A stretch of 64,000 bases of DNA from Octopus sinensis (Eukaryota), in NCBI RefSeq assembly GCF_006345805.1, contig NC_042998.1:137454001-137518000 (forward strand), written 5' to 3'. Of the stretch, positions 13,046 to 26,005 are shown piece by piece. The notes beneath the pieces are model-generated. The model ran no database searches. It was not told where the DNA came from and saw only the letters and a list, made by a program, of their open reading frames with translations. Positions within the stretch are counted from its first letter, which is position 1, and every line of letters begins with the position of its first letter. Made by a program: the position numbers and the translations under genes.

Positions 13046-15204
13046 ATCATCATCAAGTGTTTTAAATCCAGGTTTTGTCCCCATTAACAGGGGTGGCTGG
13101 ATCTACCTCAATGCTATAGCACCTGAGGCAGGTGGTTGCAGCCCACCCCAACCTTTGGGCTGGTTGGTTGGCTGGCTGGCTGGTGCCCATTCTCCCTTGC
13201 TATCATGAGGCTTTTTTGGAGCTGGATTTTCTATAGGGAGCATACCCTTGCTTACCCCCAACCTCAGTTTCTAGACATGAGTGGTCCCGAGACCAAGGCC
13301 ACTGCCACGATTTTTAAGAAATGTGGTGGAACACTAGCTCAGGAAGACAGGGACACTACTCCCTGAGACCCCTTTCGGAGCCCCCCTACCTATACATATA
13401 ATATATAAAAACACAATCCGCATCAAGTTATCCCAAATTCATATTATTTGTCACTTGTAAATCATTAGCTGCATTTCAGTTGCTAACTTCTTACAATCTG
13501 AGCTGGTGTAGTAGACACATGTATGCATATGTACACTTACACATGTATTTCCTGCCCCTCACACTTAACATGCAGAACAATGGATATTCTCACGCTGGTT
13601 GGCATATTATAGATTATATAACACATTGGTCAATCTTATCATTTCATCAATTAATTAGTACAGATGCTAATATGTACACCTTTTTTTTATGGTATTGATT
13701 TAAAAATCTGATTTACTTTTACCTTCCAATAAATCTATATTGCTCAGTCTGTCAAAAGAAAATCTTTTTTGTTTTTTCTTTAAGGATTAGATGATGTTTA
13801 CTTACAAAAAAAAAAACATTTATGCATGATGCAACATGAAACAGATTTACACATGAAGTAGCTGATATCATTATCAGTACATTTTTTTAGGTGGGTGGGG
13901 GCTTATAATTATTATTGTCATAATCATCGTTGTCATTATCCTCGTCATAATCAGTATTATCACAATCCTCAGCATTAACATCATTATCACCGTAATCATT
14001 ATTGTGTGTGTGTGTGATAATTAGACTAACAATCAGCAGTTTAAGTATTCCAAGTGATTATATCATGTGTTAATTGGATTTCATCCATTGAACTTGTGGT
14101 TCAGCTGCCATCTTCATTGAATGTTGTGACTACTTACAAGTCTGTAAAGCTTGACAGTAATACTCTAAAACACAATGGATTAGAGTTCAATATCTATCTA
14201 AGAATAATGGCTGATGTGGTTAATTGTGAAGGCAAAGGAATTGGAACTGGAGACTAACTGGTTATTGATGTGACAATTGAAATATTTATTAACTGCATTA
14301 GATATTCTGGGATCAACAGGAAGCTGTTGTAAAGAGAATTTACTTTGTATATTCAGACTGGAGCCTGATGCAGCTGTCCAGCTTACCAGTTCCACTCAAA
14401 CCATCTGACCCATGCCAACATGGAAAACAGATGCTAAATGATGATGATTCAGTTACTTCATTTTTACATTCCAAGTTCAAATCCAGCTGGGATTGGCATT
14501 ATTTTTCACCTTTTATTTGTTTCAGTCATTAGACTGTGACCATGTTGAAGCACCACCTTGAAGGATTTAGTCAAACAAATTCACTCCACAATTGTTTTTT
14601 CTTTTGTTTTTTTTTTAGATCCAGTACTGATTCTATCATTCTCTTTTACCAAATCACTAAATTACTGAGACAAATAAACTGGTTGTCCAGTGCAGGAGGG
14701 ACAAACACACTCACACATATATACACAGTGGCTTCCACACAGTTTCTGTCTGCCAAATTCACTCACAAGGCATTGGTTGGCCCAGAAGACACTTGCCCAA
14801 GGGGTCACACAGTGAGACTGAACCCAAAGTCACATAGTTGCAAAATGAGCTTTTTAACCACACAGCCATACTTTTTCTTACACTGGTGCTGATAGCATAA
14901 ATATAAATGATATATATGGATTGATATAGGTGACTACAGACCTTTTCTATAAATGCGTGTCTGTGTGTCAGAGTTAAAAATTAATATTTTAATTGATGCA
15001 TAGGAGGAAGACTTGTAATTTTATTAATTAGCAGTTTGCAAATTATTACATCACGAGCAAAACGCCCCCCCCCTCCAATGGACAGTGCTGTGTTGCCAAA
15101 CATTTAAACCAAATTTTCTCAAAACAACTTGTTCAACCATCCCATAGGCCTTCCCTTTGAGAAACACTGATTTAACCTAAATTTGAGACACTGTGCATTT
15201 TTCT

Positions 15205-15425
15205 TGCATATGCGTAGAATCAATAGCAATAGCTGATGTACTTGCACGTTCCCACGGCTTTATCGATTACATTCTCACCTGGAATCGATTTTTGTAATTT
15301 TTTCAAGACTTATACACGCCCTGATATCGTTGGTATCTACATATCAAATTTGAGCATAATTGGATGGAGGATGCCCGAGATCCTAGAAGACATACAGAGA
15401 CAGACAACGGATTTTATATAATAGA
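15205..15425 (-). mobile_element. Helitron-like 5' terminal fragment
   Basis: Minus strand begins A|TCTATTATATAAAATCCGTTGTCTGTC, resembling the 5' end of the Helitron at 45878. No CTRR 3' end found. Confidence 0.45.
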
Positions 15426-16907
15426 TGTATAAGTGTTAGCAATCTTTTTTATATAAGCAAGTTAGAAACAACATCTTCTGATTTAAACAAGGGAGGAGTT
15501 TAGTTAATGCTATCAATCCTGGTACTTGACTGACACTTTATTTTATCAACTCCCAAAAGAATGAAAGGTTAAGTTGTCCGCGTTAGAATTTGAGCTATGA
15601 ATTTAAAGAGTCAAACTAAACACCACAAAACATATTCTCCAGTGCTCTAACAATTCTGCCTACTCAGTACCTTAAAGGAATTAGGAATATTATACTCAAC
15701 CACATGTAACAAACACACACACATACACTAGGCTTTCAGTTTCCATCTAACAAGTTCACTTATAAGGTTTTAGTCAACCTGGGGCTATAGTAGAAGACAC
15801 TCAACCATGATACCATACAGATTAAATATTTTCCATGTTAAATTTTGGTATTTCTTACTGAATTTCATAAAACAACAGACAAAAAAAGATTAAAAAATAG
15901 CCAAAACCATTTTGTCTGTTCTCCTGCAAAAATCCCACCATAAACCCAGCCTCTGAGTAATATTTACCAATCCATTGATTTACCATTGTAAGAATCTTGT
16001 TTTATCAGTTACCAAGCAACACAGCTGTTAATTACATTGTTATCCTTTTCTTTTTTAACTGTTTGCTTAGTTACTGTCTCACGTTTACATGTGTGTGTCA
16101 GTGTATGACAGCATATTGTCTGACAGTCTGTCTACAGTTACCAAGCCTCTTTCATCTGTCATCTTTTTATTTATACAATTTCAGGTGCTTTATTTTATGG
16201 TTATTTTGTTTGCATAATTTTGAAACTAAAATTTGTTTTATGAACCATGTGCAGTTGTTGCCTAACTCTTGATTAGGCTGACACAAGTCTAACACAAAAA
16301 TAACTGGTGCCTGGTCTTTGTAGCATTAGGAACTGACGCTATCTAAGATATTGCAGTAGCCCATATACTCAGTAGACTTCTCCTCTAGTTTTGAACCCAC
16401 ACACTGTGAACTTATAACTTGGTACTTGACTACTTAACTATGCGGTTAAGAACTAGGCTCCTGGTTTCTGTCAATGTTGTTATTTGCTCGGTCCAGGAAA
16501 ATCTTTTTGTTTTCTTAAAGCAAATATTGATTATTTCTTTATTCAATACAAGCAAGTTTTCTAAGTAACTACTTAAGAACAATAAAACAAGGATGCCTCT
16601 GCTAAGTCTTTTGTGATTTTTGTTTACTTTTTTATTTGTTTGTTTCTTTTAGTGTTTTATAGAAACACTGGACAATTGTAACAGCTGATTAATTGGTTGA
16701 AGAGTTTTACAATTAAGCATTAAAAGGCATGAAATATTGTTTGTTTGCAGGTCACTTAGGCCGAGCATTAAACCTAGATCAAACAACCAGTTTCATAAAA
16801 TGCAACAATTTCATAAAATGTATGAATAAAACTACCCAGTATTCAAGCAATTGTGGACCATGGTTTTGTGCAGCATGGCTGCAGCCAACTGGTTAGAATT
16901 AGTGAAA

Positions 16908-16910
<3 letters not shown>

Positions 16911-16963
<53 letters not shown>
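16911..16963. repeat. (TC)n microsatellite
   Basis: Seen directly in the sequence. Confidence 0.95.
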
Positions 16964-16966
<3 letters not shown>

Positions 16967-18136
16967 GCATTTGCTCAACCTGCAAGAAATAGCAACCAAA
17001 TCTGCAAAATGCATCCTAAATCATTGTCATTTAACTTCCCTGTTCCATTCTGTTGTGGGCAGGATGGTTTGACAGGATCTGATGGGCCCAAGGACTGCAT
17101 CATGCTCCAGTGTCTGCCCTGGCAGGGGTTTCTACAGCTTATAGTCTTTAAAAATGTTACATTAGGTTATATAGAGCTACATACACTGTCTGAATAAAAG
17201 ACAGGATGATTATGGCTGGAATAACCTTTGACCATGAGCCCAAGCTGACTTGGACTTAACAAATTCTAAGACATTTCCACACTCACTTTTTTTATATAGT
17301 CCTACCTTTTAAATATTATTAGCCTTTTTAATTGCCTACTGCCTTTGCAGTTTATCTCATGCATCACACATTACTAAATATTGGTAACATATTTATTTCA
17401 TATAACCAGAGAAAATGTTTTAAAAATACTATTTATTAATGATCTTAAATTAATTTAGAATTGATAATAATTTCACTGTGAAAGGGGTCTCATTGTAATA
17501 CTTAAACACACACTCTACAGCATGTAACAGAAAGATACATGTTTCAAACCAATATTGCTTCTTTTCTTGTTTCTTACTTTGATAAAGGGTTCACCCAAAA
17601 TATCAGTCTACTTTTTTCCCCCCTTTTTTTTGTCGTACTATTCACTGTACACTGTATTTGTTATATTTTTCTTGTGTTTTTTTTGTCCATCACTTTTGAA
17701 TTTTGTCTACCTGTTGTACCCTCTCACATTGTCCATCTGCCCATCTCTTATTGCCCACATTTATGCTATTTCAACTCTCATTATTACTTTTATTTTTGTC
17801 TAGGAGCAGTATTCTTCTGAGGCTCTGCCAATGTCCACGTTATACTCAAAGAATATATTTAACAGCTTCAAAAGTGAGTGAAATAGTTCTCATTTTAAAT
17901 CTTTCAAAATTACCATATTTCCTCGTATCTTTATCTTTTACTCATTTCAATCATTGAACTGTGGGCATCCTGAGACACTGCCTTGAAAGCTTTTAGTCAA
18001 ACAAATCAACCCCCTACTTGTATTTTTTTTTTTAAATCTGGTACTTATTCTGTCAGTTAGTATGCCAAACTGCTTATTACAGTGATGTAAACACACACAC
18101 ACACCTTCACACACATATATATATATATATATATAT

Positions 18137-18352
18137 GAATGCCATGTTGGATCATTAGCCCCTACACGCAATTTTTTTTCTCTCTCCTTGTTTCTCTCCT
18201 TGTTTCTTTTCTGTGTATCTTTCTGTCAAAGAGCATAGGCTCGAAACGTAAAAGACTTGTTTTATTTCTATTCCTGAGCGCCATACTAATACATTATTTG
18301 TTTGTACTCCACCTGCCTTCGTCTTTTGTTTATTTTCATAAACCTTCCTGTT
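18137..18352 (+). mobile_element. ~215-bp (TA)n-inserted element with HHR-like motif (CUGU-core family)
   Basis: 'tcttt CTGTCAA A GAGC atag GCTC GAAAC GTA aaaga' at ~18218-18255, flanked by (TA)n. Homologous to 51456-51636 (-) and a decayed copy at 53955-54050 (-). Confidence 0.7.
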
Positions 18353-18486
18353 ATATATATATACACACACACACTATATTTGTGGTTTAACAAGGTAGCC
18401 ATTAGTTTCATATGAAGAGATTTTCACAAATATGAAAGCGTGTCGCATTGGAATTTTGGTAGTCGTTACTATTCTGGCTATTAGTA

Positions 18487-18517
<31 letters not shown>

Positions 18518-18538
18518 ATGTATGTATGTATGTATGTA

Positions 18539-18578
<40 letters not shown>

Positions 18579-19304
18579 AACAAACATTAATAAGTTCAAT
18601 TCTTAAAACCATGGTAGGTTAGAGTCCATAAGCAAAAAGAGTTCTACAAAATCAATTCATAATGCTTAAGAAGTGAACTTTTTGGAAGTACTCTTGTGTG
18701 AGGGGAGTAAAAAAAAACCTTTTAAAATATTTCTAGTCAGTTGGTATTTTATTTTATCTTAGTTTATTTAGTTTTTAGTAGCATGACATGCTTTAGAATT
18801 TTTATGAATGTTTAGTCATTTATATTTACCTTTTGATAGGCCATTCTATATATTTGTATTTTATTTGCATATATATTTTTACCTTGTGTGTTTTTATGTA
18901 TACGTATATTTTTATATGTTTAAGAACCATGGTAATATTTATATTTGATCAAATGTTTGAGGTATGGTGTTATATATAAAGTCGTTGACTCGAATTTGAT
19001 GTTTGTTCTATGATTAATGTCTCTTTATCTTTGTCTCATTTACATTTGAGCACTTCTTTTTTGCAGTCCTATAAATCCTTTTGTTTCCATAGAGACAAAC
19101 ATTATTCCTTGTTGTGTACATATATATACGCACACACACACATACACAAACTTTCAGTTTCTATCTAGCAAATTCATTCATGAGGTATTGGTTAGCTCAT
19201 TCCTATAGTAGAAGACACTTCCCTAAGCTGCTATGCAGTGGAACTGAACCCAAAACCATGTGGTAGCAAAGTAGGCTTCCTAGCTATGTTTGATTGATAT
19301 ATAA

Positions 19305-21379
19305 CACTGGTCAACACAATTTCTTCTTTGCTAATTTTGGGGTGCTGAATCCAGAAATGACATCTATTTTCTCCCATCACATCAGGTTTGGGCTGTATAA
19401 AAAACCATTTTTTTTTTTTAATCACAATTTTTGACCAAAAATGCTATTGTATCCTGATATTTCTAAATACTATTTTTACTTCTTCAAACTATAACAATGC
19501 AAATTGGCATTGAAACAAACACTATAAACATTACTGTTAGGCTGTTTGCTCATTTAACAAAGAAAAAAATTAAAAGTAATGCCATTTTTAACAGATGAAC
19601 CTGACAATCCCAAGTGGTCCTTTATTGTGATACTAAAAGCTGTATAATCAGAAATTTGTAGATGGAATTACCACCAGGTAGACTTCACACAAAACAATAA
19701 CAAATTCTTTCTTTTGTGATTTATGAATTTTGTTTGTTGTCACATTGACAGGAGCGCCTAAACACATCGAATTCAGAAGACAGTGATTGGCTTTTTATGA
19801 TGTCATTGTTCTCTCTGATTGGTTGTCATTGTTCTCTTTGCATTCCACCGCCTCTGAATCAATGCATTGCAATCAGTGTGTTTAAATATTACTGAACTCA
19901 CTGTATTTAGGCACACCTCACATTGACTGGGAAATAGTTACTTTTGTCAGAATCATTAGAACATCTATTAGCATTATAGGAAAAGTTTAGTATTCCTTGC
20001 TAGTAGTAGATTCTGCTGGGATATGATGTTGTTCAAGTTTGTAGGAATACAATGAAAAATTTGTGTGGATATGAATGATCATACTTTATCATTTTCATAT
20101 ATTTAGAAAAGAAATAAATATGGTATCCTCAAGGTACTGTACAAATGATCCAGATTTGTTCTGCTACACTTGTGGAGAGTTTACATTCAAAGAAAATAGA
20201 AAACAAATCAATGATTTCTAAGAGACGGCCTACTACATGTATTTCAATATTAAACTTGGAGATCAGGACAAGTCATGGGCGTCACACATCATTTGCAAGT
20301 CATGCAAGGAGAGTATACGCCTGTGGACAAAAGGTACTCAAACCTCCCTTAAATTTAGGATTCCAGTGATATGGCATGAACTGAAGAATCATCACGATGA
20401 TTGCTACTTTTGCATGGTTAGTTTGGTTGAATTCAACAAGAAGAACAGAAAGAAAATATCCTACCTCTCCATTCTCTCTGCTATTCGGCCCATACCACAT
20501 TCTGAACATTTTCTAGCTCCAGTTTTCAAGGGATTTGCTGATATTCCAGTTCCCGCTGTAATCACACGACTTGCACAAGAACTAGAGTACAAGATGACTG
20601 AAAGTGATTCTGACCCAGATCTTGATAATGCCATTCAAGCTTACAGTGCTTTTGACTGTTTTGAATCAGCAAATGAACCAAAACTGTTCAATCAAAATGA
20701 ACTGAGGGACTTAATTCAAGACCTGAATTTACCAAAAGAGTTAGCAGAATTGTTAGCATCATGCCTTCGTAAGAAAAATTTGTTAGCAGCTAAAACAAAT
20801 GTCACTTTCTACTGCAACTGAGATGCTGAGTTCACCCCATCCTTTGAACAAAACAACGATCTTGTGTTTTGTAAAGAAATTGAACAGTTACTTCTTAGAT
20901 TGGGCATTGATGAATATGATGCTTGTTATTTATCAATACTTCAAAGTGCAGCTTGAAGTGTGTACTTCTACTCAACACAAACATGTATGCTTCCATACTG
21001 ATTGGGCACTCCACTACACTCAAAGAAAAGTATGAGCCGATAAAACAGGTGATGGAAAGTATTAACTACTCCAGTCATAAGTGGATTGATTTAAAAATGG
21101 TAAACTTTTTACTTGGACAACAAGATCTAACGATCTTGAATAATGTTGTAGACCATTTGAAATATACTTTGCATTGATTTGCAATATCAACATTATCCAA
21201 ACAATAATCCATAAAATAGTAAAAACTAGCCGATTTTTACAAAAATGGCTAAAAACAAGTAAAGTAGATGTGATGGGTTAAAATGGTTGTGATTTTCAGA
21301 ATCAGCATGCTCAATATGATATATTTCACCTAAAATATACCCAAGCAGAGGACTAAAGTTGTTTTTTTTTTTACCAGTG
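19305..21379 (+). mobile_element. Chapaev3-type (CMC superfamily) DNA transposon, internally deleted
   Basis: Termini CACTGGT...ACCAGTG, 3-bp TAA TSD (19302-04, 21380-82), subterminal inverted blocks (gctgaatccagaaat/attttcagaatcagc; cccatcacatc/gatgtgatggg). Encodes a transposase relic. Confidence 0.8.
20120..21125 (+). pseudogene. Chapaev3-like transposase pseudogene (N-terminal Zn-binding region to the DLK...LLGQQ motif)
   Basis: MVSSRYCTNDPDLFCYTCGEF...*...LGDQDKSWASHIICKSC...WHELKNHHDDCYFC...FNQNELRDLIQDLNLPKELAELLAS...FINTSKCSLKCVLL...DLKMVNFLLGQQ. In-frame stops and frameshifts; C-terminal half missing. Confidence 0.8.
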
Positions 21380-22036
21380 TAATATATATAATGTGTTTAT
21401 GTATTATTATCATAATAACCCATACTCATTGGCACTTCAATGACTCTACTTCCATGTGATAATAGCATTTTAAACTAACCAAACCTTTATTTGGAAGAAA
21501 TGCTTTCAAAGATGTTTGTTTATCTGCTTCTTTTAAGGAAATATAAACTATTTTTGCTCCTCTCATTGATTGGCAGCCCAAAGACTAGCAAGTTTATTTA
21601 ATTTACTTTTATTATACATGTTGTTAGCATTGTTAATGTTGTTTGAATCAGGTTACCTACAATTTCCATAATGGAGTGTTCTAAAGCAAAATTGTTAGAA
21701 TACTAGTTGAACAACAGGACAAATATATTGATTTTGAAGGTAACATTATCCAATCAGAGTTGATTGGTGTTAAATACTGTTTATTAGCTATGGGTTAGTT
21801 TGTTGTGCTTTATTCTCCTCTATATGGTGCAGTAGTGTTTGCTAATGATTTTAGTTGATGAGAAAAGCTCCTTGTTCTTTAGCTATAGCTTGTAGATATT
21901 CCTTTCGGGTTCATGTGTAATAGAAAGAAAATAAGTACCTTTCAATGTTATTAATGCAGTTCTTTGTTTGCTTTACAGTGCAGCAGTAATGGGTTTGCTT
22001 TTAATTACTATAAACTGAATATCAATTGGTATAAGT

Positions 22037-22039
<3 letters not shown>

Positions 22040-22106
<67 letters not shown>
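22040..22106. repeat. (TA)n microsatellite
   Basis: Seen directly in the sequence. Confidence 0.95.
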
Positions 22107-22108
<2 letters not shown>

Positions 22109-22523
22109 GGCTTAAAATATATTCACTGTTGACAGGCAAGATACTGCAGTTTTTGTCAAAGATAAATCTCTTATAAGTGTACTGTGTTAAAAACACAATA
22201 TATATATTAGGAGGAAGAAAAAATTGCAGGTCCCTTCTTTCTACTATGTTTGAAATTTTGGCTCTTTGTCTAAATGTATCATTGTTGTGTCTTTTCTGTA
22301 TTTCCATGCTCATTGCACTGATGAATTTTCTGATTTAGTACATTCTGTCAAGACTTTTAACTTATTATTTACATTTGACGGATATTTGTCCTCATCTTGT
22401 TTGTTGTTAACACAACATTTTAGCTGATATACCCTCCAGCTTTCATCAAGTTTTCTTGGAAATTTCGAACCTGGGTTCTCATTCCTAAGGTATTTTTCGA
22501 AGATTTTTATTATCATTATTTTT

Positions 22524-22599
22524 CAGGTCTCTGCTTGGAAATCGAACTTGGAATCTTGGGGTTAGTAGCCCATGCTCTTAACCACTACGCCATATGCCC
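22524..22599 (-). promoter_or_regulatory. tRNA-like Pol III cassette (A and B boxes) inside the Penelope 3' pLTR
   Basis: GGGCATA TGGCGTAGTGG (A box) TTAAGAGCAT GGG-CTACTAA-CCC (anticodon-like stem-loop) CAAGATTCCAA GTTCGATT (B box), starting ~30 nt after the ORF stop. Repeated at 24749-24805 (+) and 41249-41180 (-). Confidence 0.75.
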
Positions 22600-22628
22600 G
22601 TGGACAATTATGGAGTAAATTTTAGGGC

Positions 22629-24256
22629 TTATAAATCTAATATTTTCCTATCCTTCCTTAATACCAGTTCCCATGTGCTCCTCATATCTGCACTTGGTCT
22701 GCTTAGGAGGTTGTTGTGTCTTAGCATATGTGCTGCTTCTTTTAGTTTATGTATTTTCCAGTGGTGTTCTCTGTCTATTATTTTAACTTCATCCCACAGA
22801 GGGAGGTGGTCTCCATTTATCCATACATGATCAGCTATACCCAATTTATCAATATCTCCTCCTTTCACAGCTTTGCAATGTTTGTCTACCCTTATTTTGA
22901 TGGGGTGGCATGTTCCGCCTTTGTAGAACCTACCACAGCTGCATGGGATGGACTACACGCAGTCTTTGGTCATATTCTCTTCTACTGGTGGTTTTACTAA
23001 AAGGAGATATTTGCAAATTGTTGTATTACTCTTGAATACTGTCCTGATGTCATATGGGCTGCATATGTTTTGTATCTTTTTAGAGAGGCCTTTCAAATAG
23101 GGTAGACAGACTGAGGACAGTTTATTGGTTTCATTCTCATTTTTCTTCATAATTGGAATGGATAGTATGTTTTTGGGGGTAGTTGATGCTTAATAGATTG
23201 TTATTGAACTTTATCATTTCTTCGTGATGTGTATCATGATTGCTACTTATATTCTTTGCTCAATGTTTTAGGCACTGAGCAGTCCTTCTCTTTACACTGT
23301 ATGGATGGTGGGAGTTGAAGTTTAGGTATCATCCAGTGAAGGTCAGCTTGCAGTATACGGATGTCCTGAATTTATAATTGGTGCATGTTATTAACACATC
23401 CAGGAACGCTAGCTGATTGTCTTTTTCCTTTTCCATTGTTAACTGTATGGATGACTTTATTGAGTTCATATGATCTAATAGCACTTGGACATCTTCCTGG
23501 TGGGGGCCAGAGTATAAAGGTGCCATCAACATATCGCAGCCATAGGGTTAGTTTTAGTGGTGTTGATCCTAAACCCAAATTCTCAGTATTCCATGTATGT
23601 ATTGGCTATTATCGGTGATAAGGGTGAACCCATAACTAAACCCTCTTCTTGTAAATATATATCAGTGTCCATACTGAAGTAGGTAGTTTCTACACTGAAG
23701 GATAACATTTCCATCAAGTTTCTTATTGGTATACTAGTGCATTCTTTTAGATGGGTGTCTATCACTTGTTTTTCTTGAATCACCGATAGTGCTTCACCAG
23801 TTGGTACTTTGGTGAACAGACTTATCACAACTAGACTCACTATCTGGTTGGATTCAATAGGAGTATCCTTGATCAATTCTGTAAAGTGGATAGAATTCTT
23901 CACGTACGATGTGGACTTTTCTGCTAATGGACTGATTATATCCACAAGGAAGCAGCTCAGTGGATGACATGCTGAACCTCTACAGCTCACTATAGGTCTT
24001 AATGGAATACCATCCTTGTGAATCTTAGGGAGACCGTACATGTGTGGTAGTTTACTGTAGTGTCAAGTCAGTTGTCTGTACTTCATTGGTGTAAAATGAT
24101 CTTTGTTCTTGATCAAGATTTGTGACAACTTCCTCTCTGTTTTCAGAGTTGGGTCTTTCTTTTCTTTTACTGTAGCTACCATCACTTGTAAAACTTGCCA
24201 ATTTTTCAGAGTAGTCAGACTTGTTCATCACCACTGTAGCATTTCCCTTGTCTACT
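22629..24256 (-). pseudogene. Penelope RT + GIY-YIG ORF, disrupted
   Basis: VDKGNATVVM (DKG motif); YGLPKIHKDGIPLRPIVS; SLFTKVP; QEEGLVMGSPLSPIIAN; WLRYVDGT (YVDD decayed); LAFLDVLI; linker LPYLKGLS; GIY-YIG region 'SIPCSCGRFYKG...IADHVW...KLKEA'. Multiple stops and frameshifts. Confidence 0.92.
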
Positions 24257-26005
24257 ATGTGAAAGGCCTCTCCAAAAAAATACAAAACATATGCGGCCCA
24301 TATGACATCAGGACAGTATTCAAGAGTATTACAACACTTTGCAAATATCTCCTTCAAGTAAAACCACCAGTAGAAGAGAATATGACCAAAGACTGCATGT
24401 AGTCCATCCCTGTGGTAGGTTATACAAAGGCGAAACATGCCATCCCCTCAAAATAAAAGTAGATGAATATCACAAAGCTGTGACATGAAGAGATATTGAT
24501 AAATCGGGTATAGCTGATCATGTATGGAAAAACAGACACCACTTCTCCCCGTGGGATGAAGTTAAAATAATAGACAGAGAATACTACTGGAAAATACATA
24601 AACTAAAAAAAGCAGCATATATGCTAGGACACAATAACCTCCTAAGCAGACCGAGTGCAGATATGAGTCGCATATGGGAACTGGTATTAAGGAAGGATAA
24701 GAAAATATTAGACTTATAAGCCCTAAAATTTACTCCATATTTGCCCACGGGCATATGGCGTAGTGGTGCTGGCTACTAACCCCAAGATTCCGAGTTCGAT
24801 TCCAGAATAATATTAATAATAATAATATCAAAAAATAACTTAAGAATGAGAACCCAGGTTTGAAATTTCCAAGAAAACTTGAAGGCTGGAGGGTATATCA
24901 GCCGAAAAGTTGTGTTAACAACAAACAAGATGAGGACAAATATCCGTCAAATGTAAATAATGTACATAATTCCTCATCTCTTAAATATAGAACTAAGTCA
25001 TTTAACTGTTTAGTATTCTAATCCAAATACTATACCAGTTTTATGTTCAAACTGGCCAGACCTGACCTCTCACACCTACCCTACAATGTCATTCTGAAAA
25101 TATACAATCACATCATTGAAATCTCAAAGCTAAGAGATGAGGCATGATTAATTCCAAAACAGCATGAATAAATAAGCATTAAATTTGACAGAAGGGTTAA
25201 ACATGTCACTCACTTCTCTTTCCAGGTACATTGTTTCTCTGTTGAGCTTCCTGTTAATCTTGAATCCTTTTATTTTTATAGCTTCTTTCCACAAGCTGCT
25301 GCTCTCAGGAACTCATTACCACCATTTTGTTTTCCTTTAGTCTATGATATTCACTTCTGTTTAGCTTTCTGTCAATGGACATTTTTTGAATTGGTAGGTC
25401 CCTTCTTTTGCTTTTCTGTAGTCTTTTATGTTACAGTGTCATTAAGCCTTGATTAGAACAAAAATGTTTTTTAAAAATTAATGGTATAAATGAAATGGTT
25501 CCAAGTAGAAACCAAACCTGGATTATTGACAAATATATTAGACTGGTTTTTAATTAATGAATCTGACAGTTATTTAAAACCAGTCCTAACTAAGCTAGAC
25601 TAGCTTTCTTTAATATACTGATTTATCAAGTTTACATTAGATATACCGTTTAAAGCAAAATATATTATAACCTCATAAATATTCGTAGCTCAGAATTTCA
25701 TTTTTCATGATACCACAATGCTGTAGAACAATTACATTATAGATTTAGATATATTTAAAAGCATTCTAGTAATGGTAATTATATTGTGCTCAACTTAATT
25801 ATTGGATTCTGATTTTCCTTAATTTCTGCTATATTGTTTTTTCTCAGCTATAACAGAAACTTCATCCAATAGTGGCATGTGATTTTTGTTTTTATATCAT
25901 AGATTGTTATATTATTCCTGGCATCTTAAACGAAAGGAGAAATATATATTTTGGCTATCTTTCAACATTTTTATCTCTTTCTATTCTAACATTGATTAGG
26001 TGTAC

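Larger units (their letters stand above)
22363..24994 (-). mobile_element. Penelope-like retroelement, 5'-truncated, with inverted duplication of its 3' end (palindromic insertion)
   Basis: Minus arm 24256->22363 encodes RT and GIY-YIG. Plus arm 24249-24994 is an inverted copy of ~23110-22363 plus a ~34-nt tail. Imperfect 13-bp TSD AAGACTTTTAACT (22350-62) / AAGTCATTTAACT (24995-25007). Confidence 0.92.

Noticed and set aside
22524-22599. Functional tRNA gene
   Set aside because: Acceptor and T stems pair poorly, the copies differ, and it is embedded in a retroelement. Treated as a tRNA-derived promoter.
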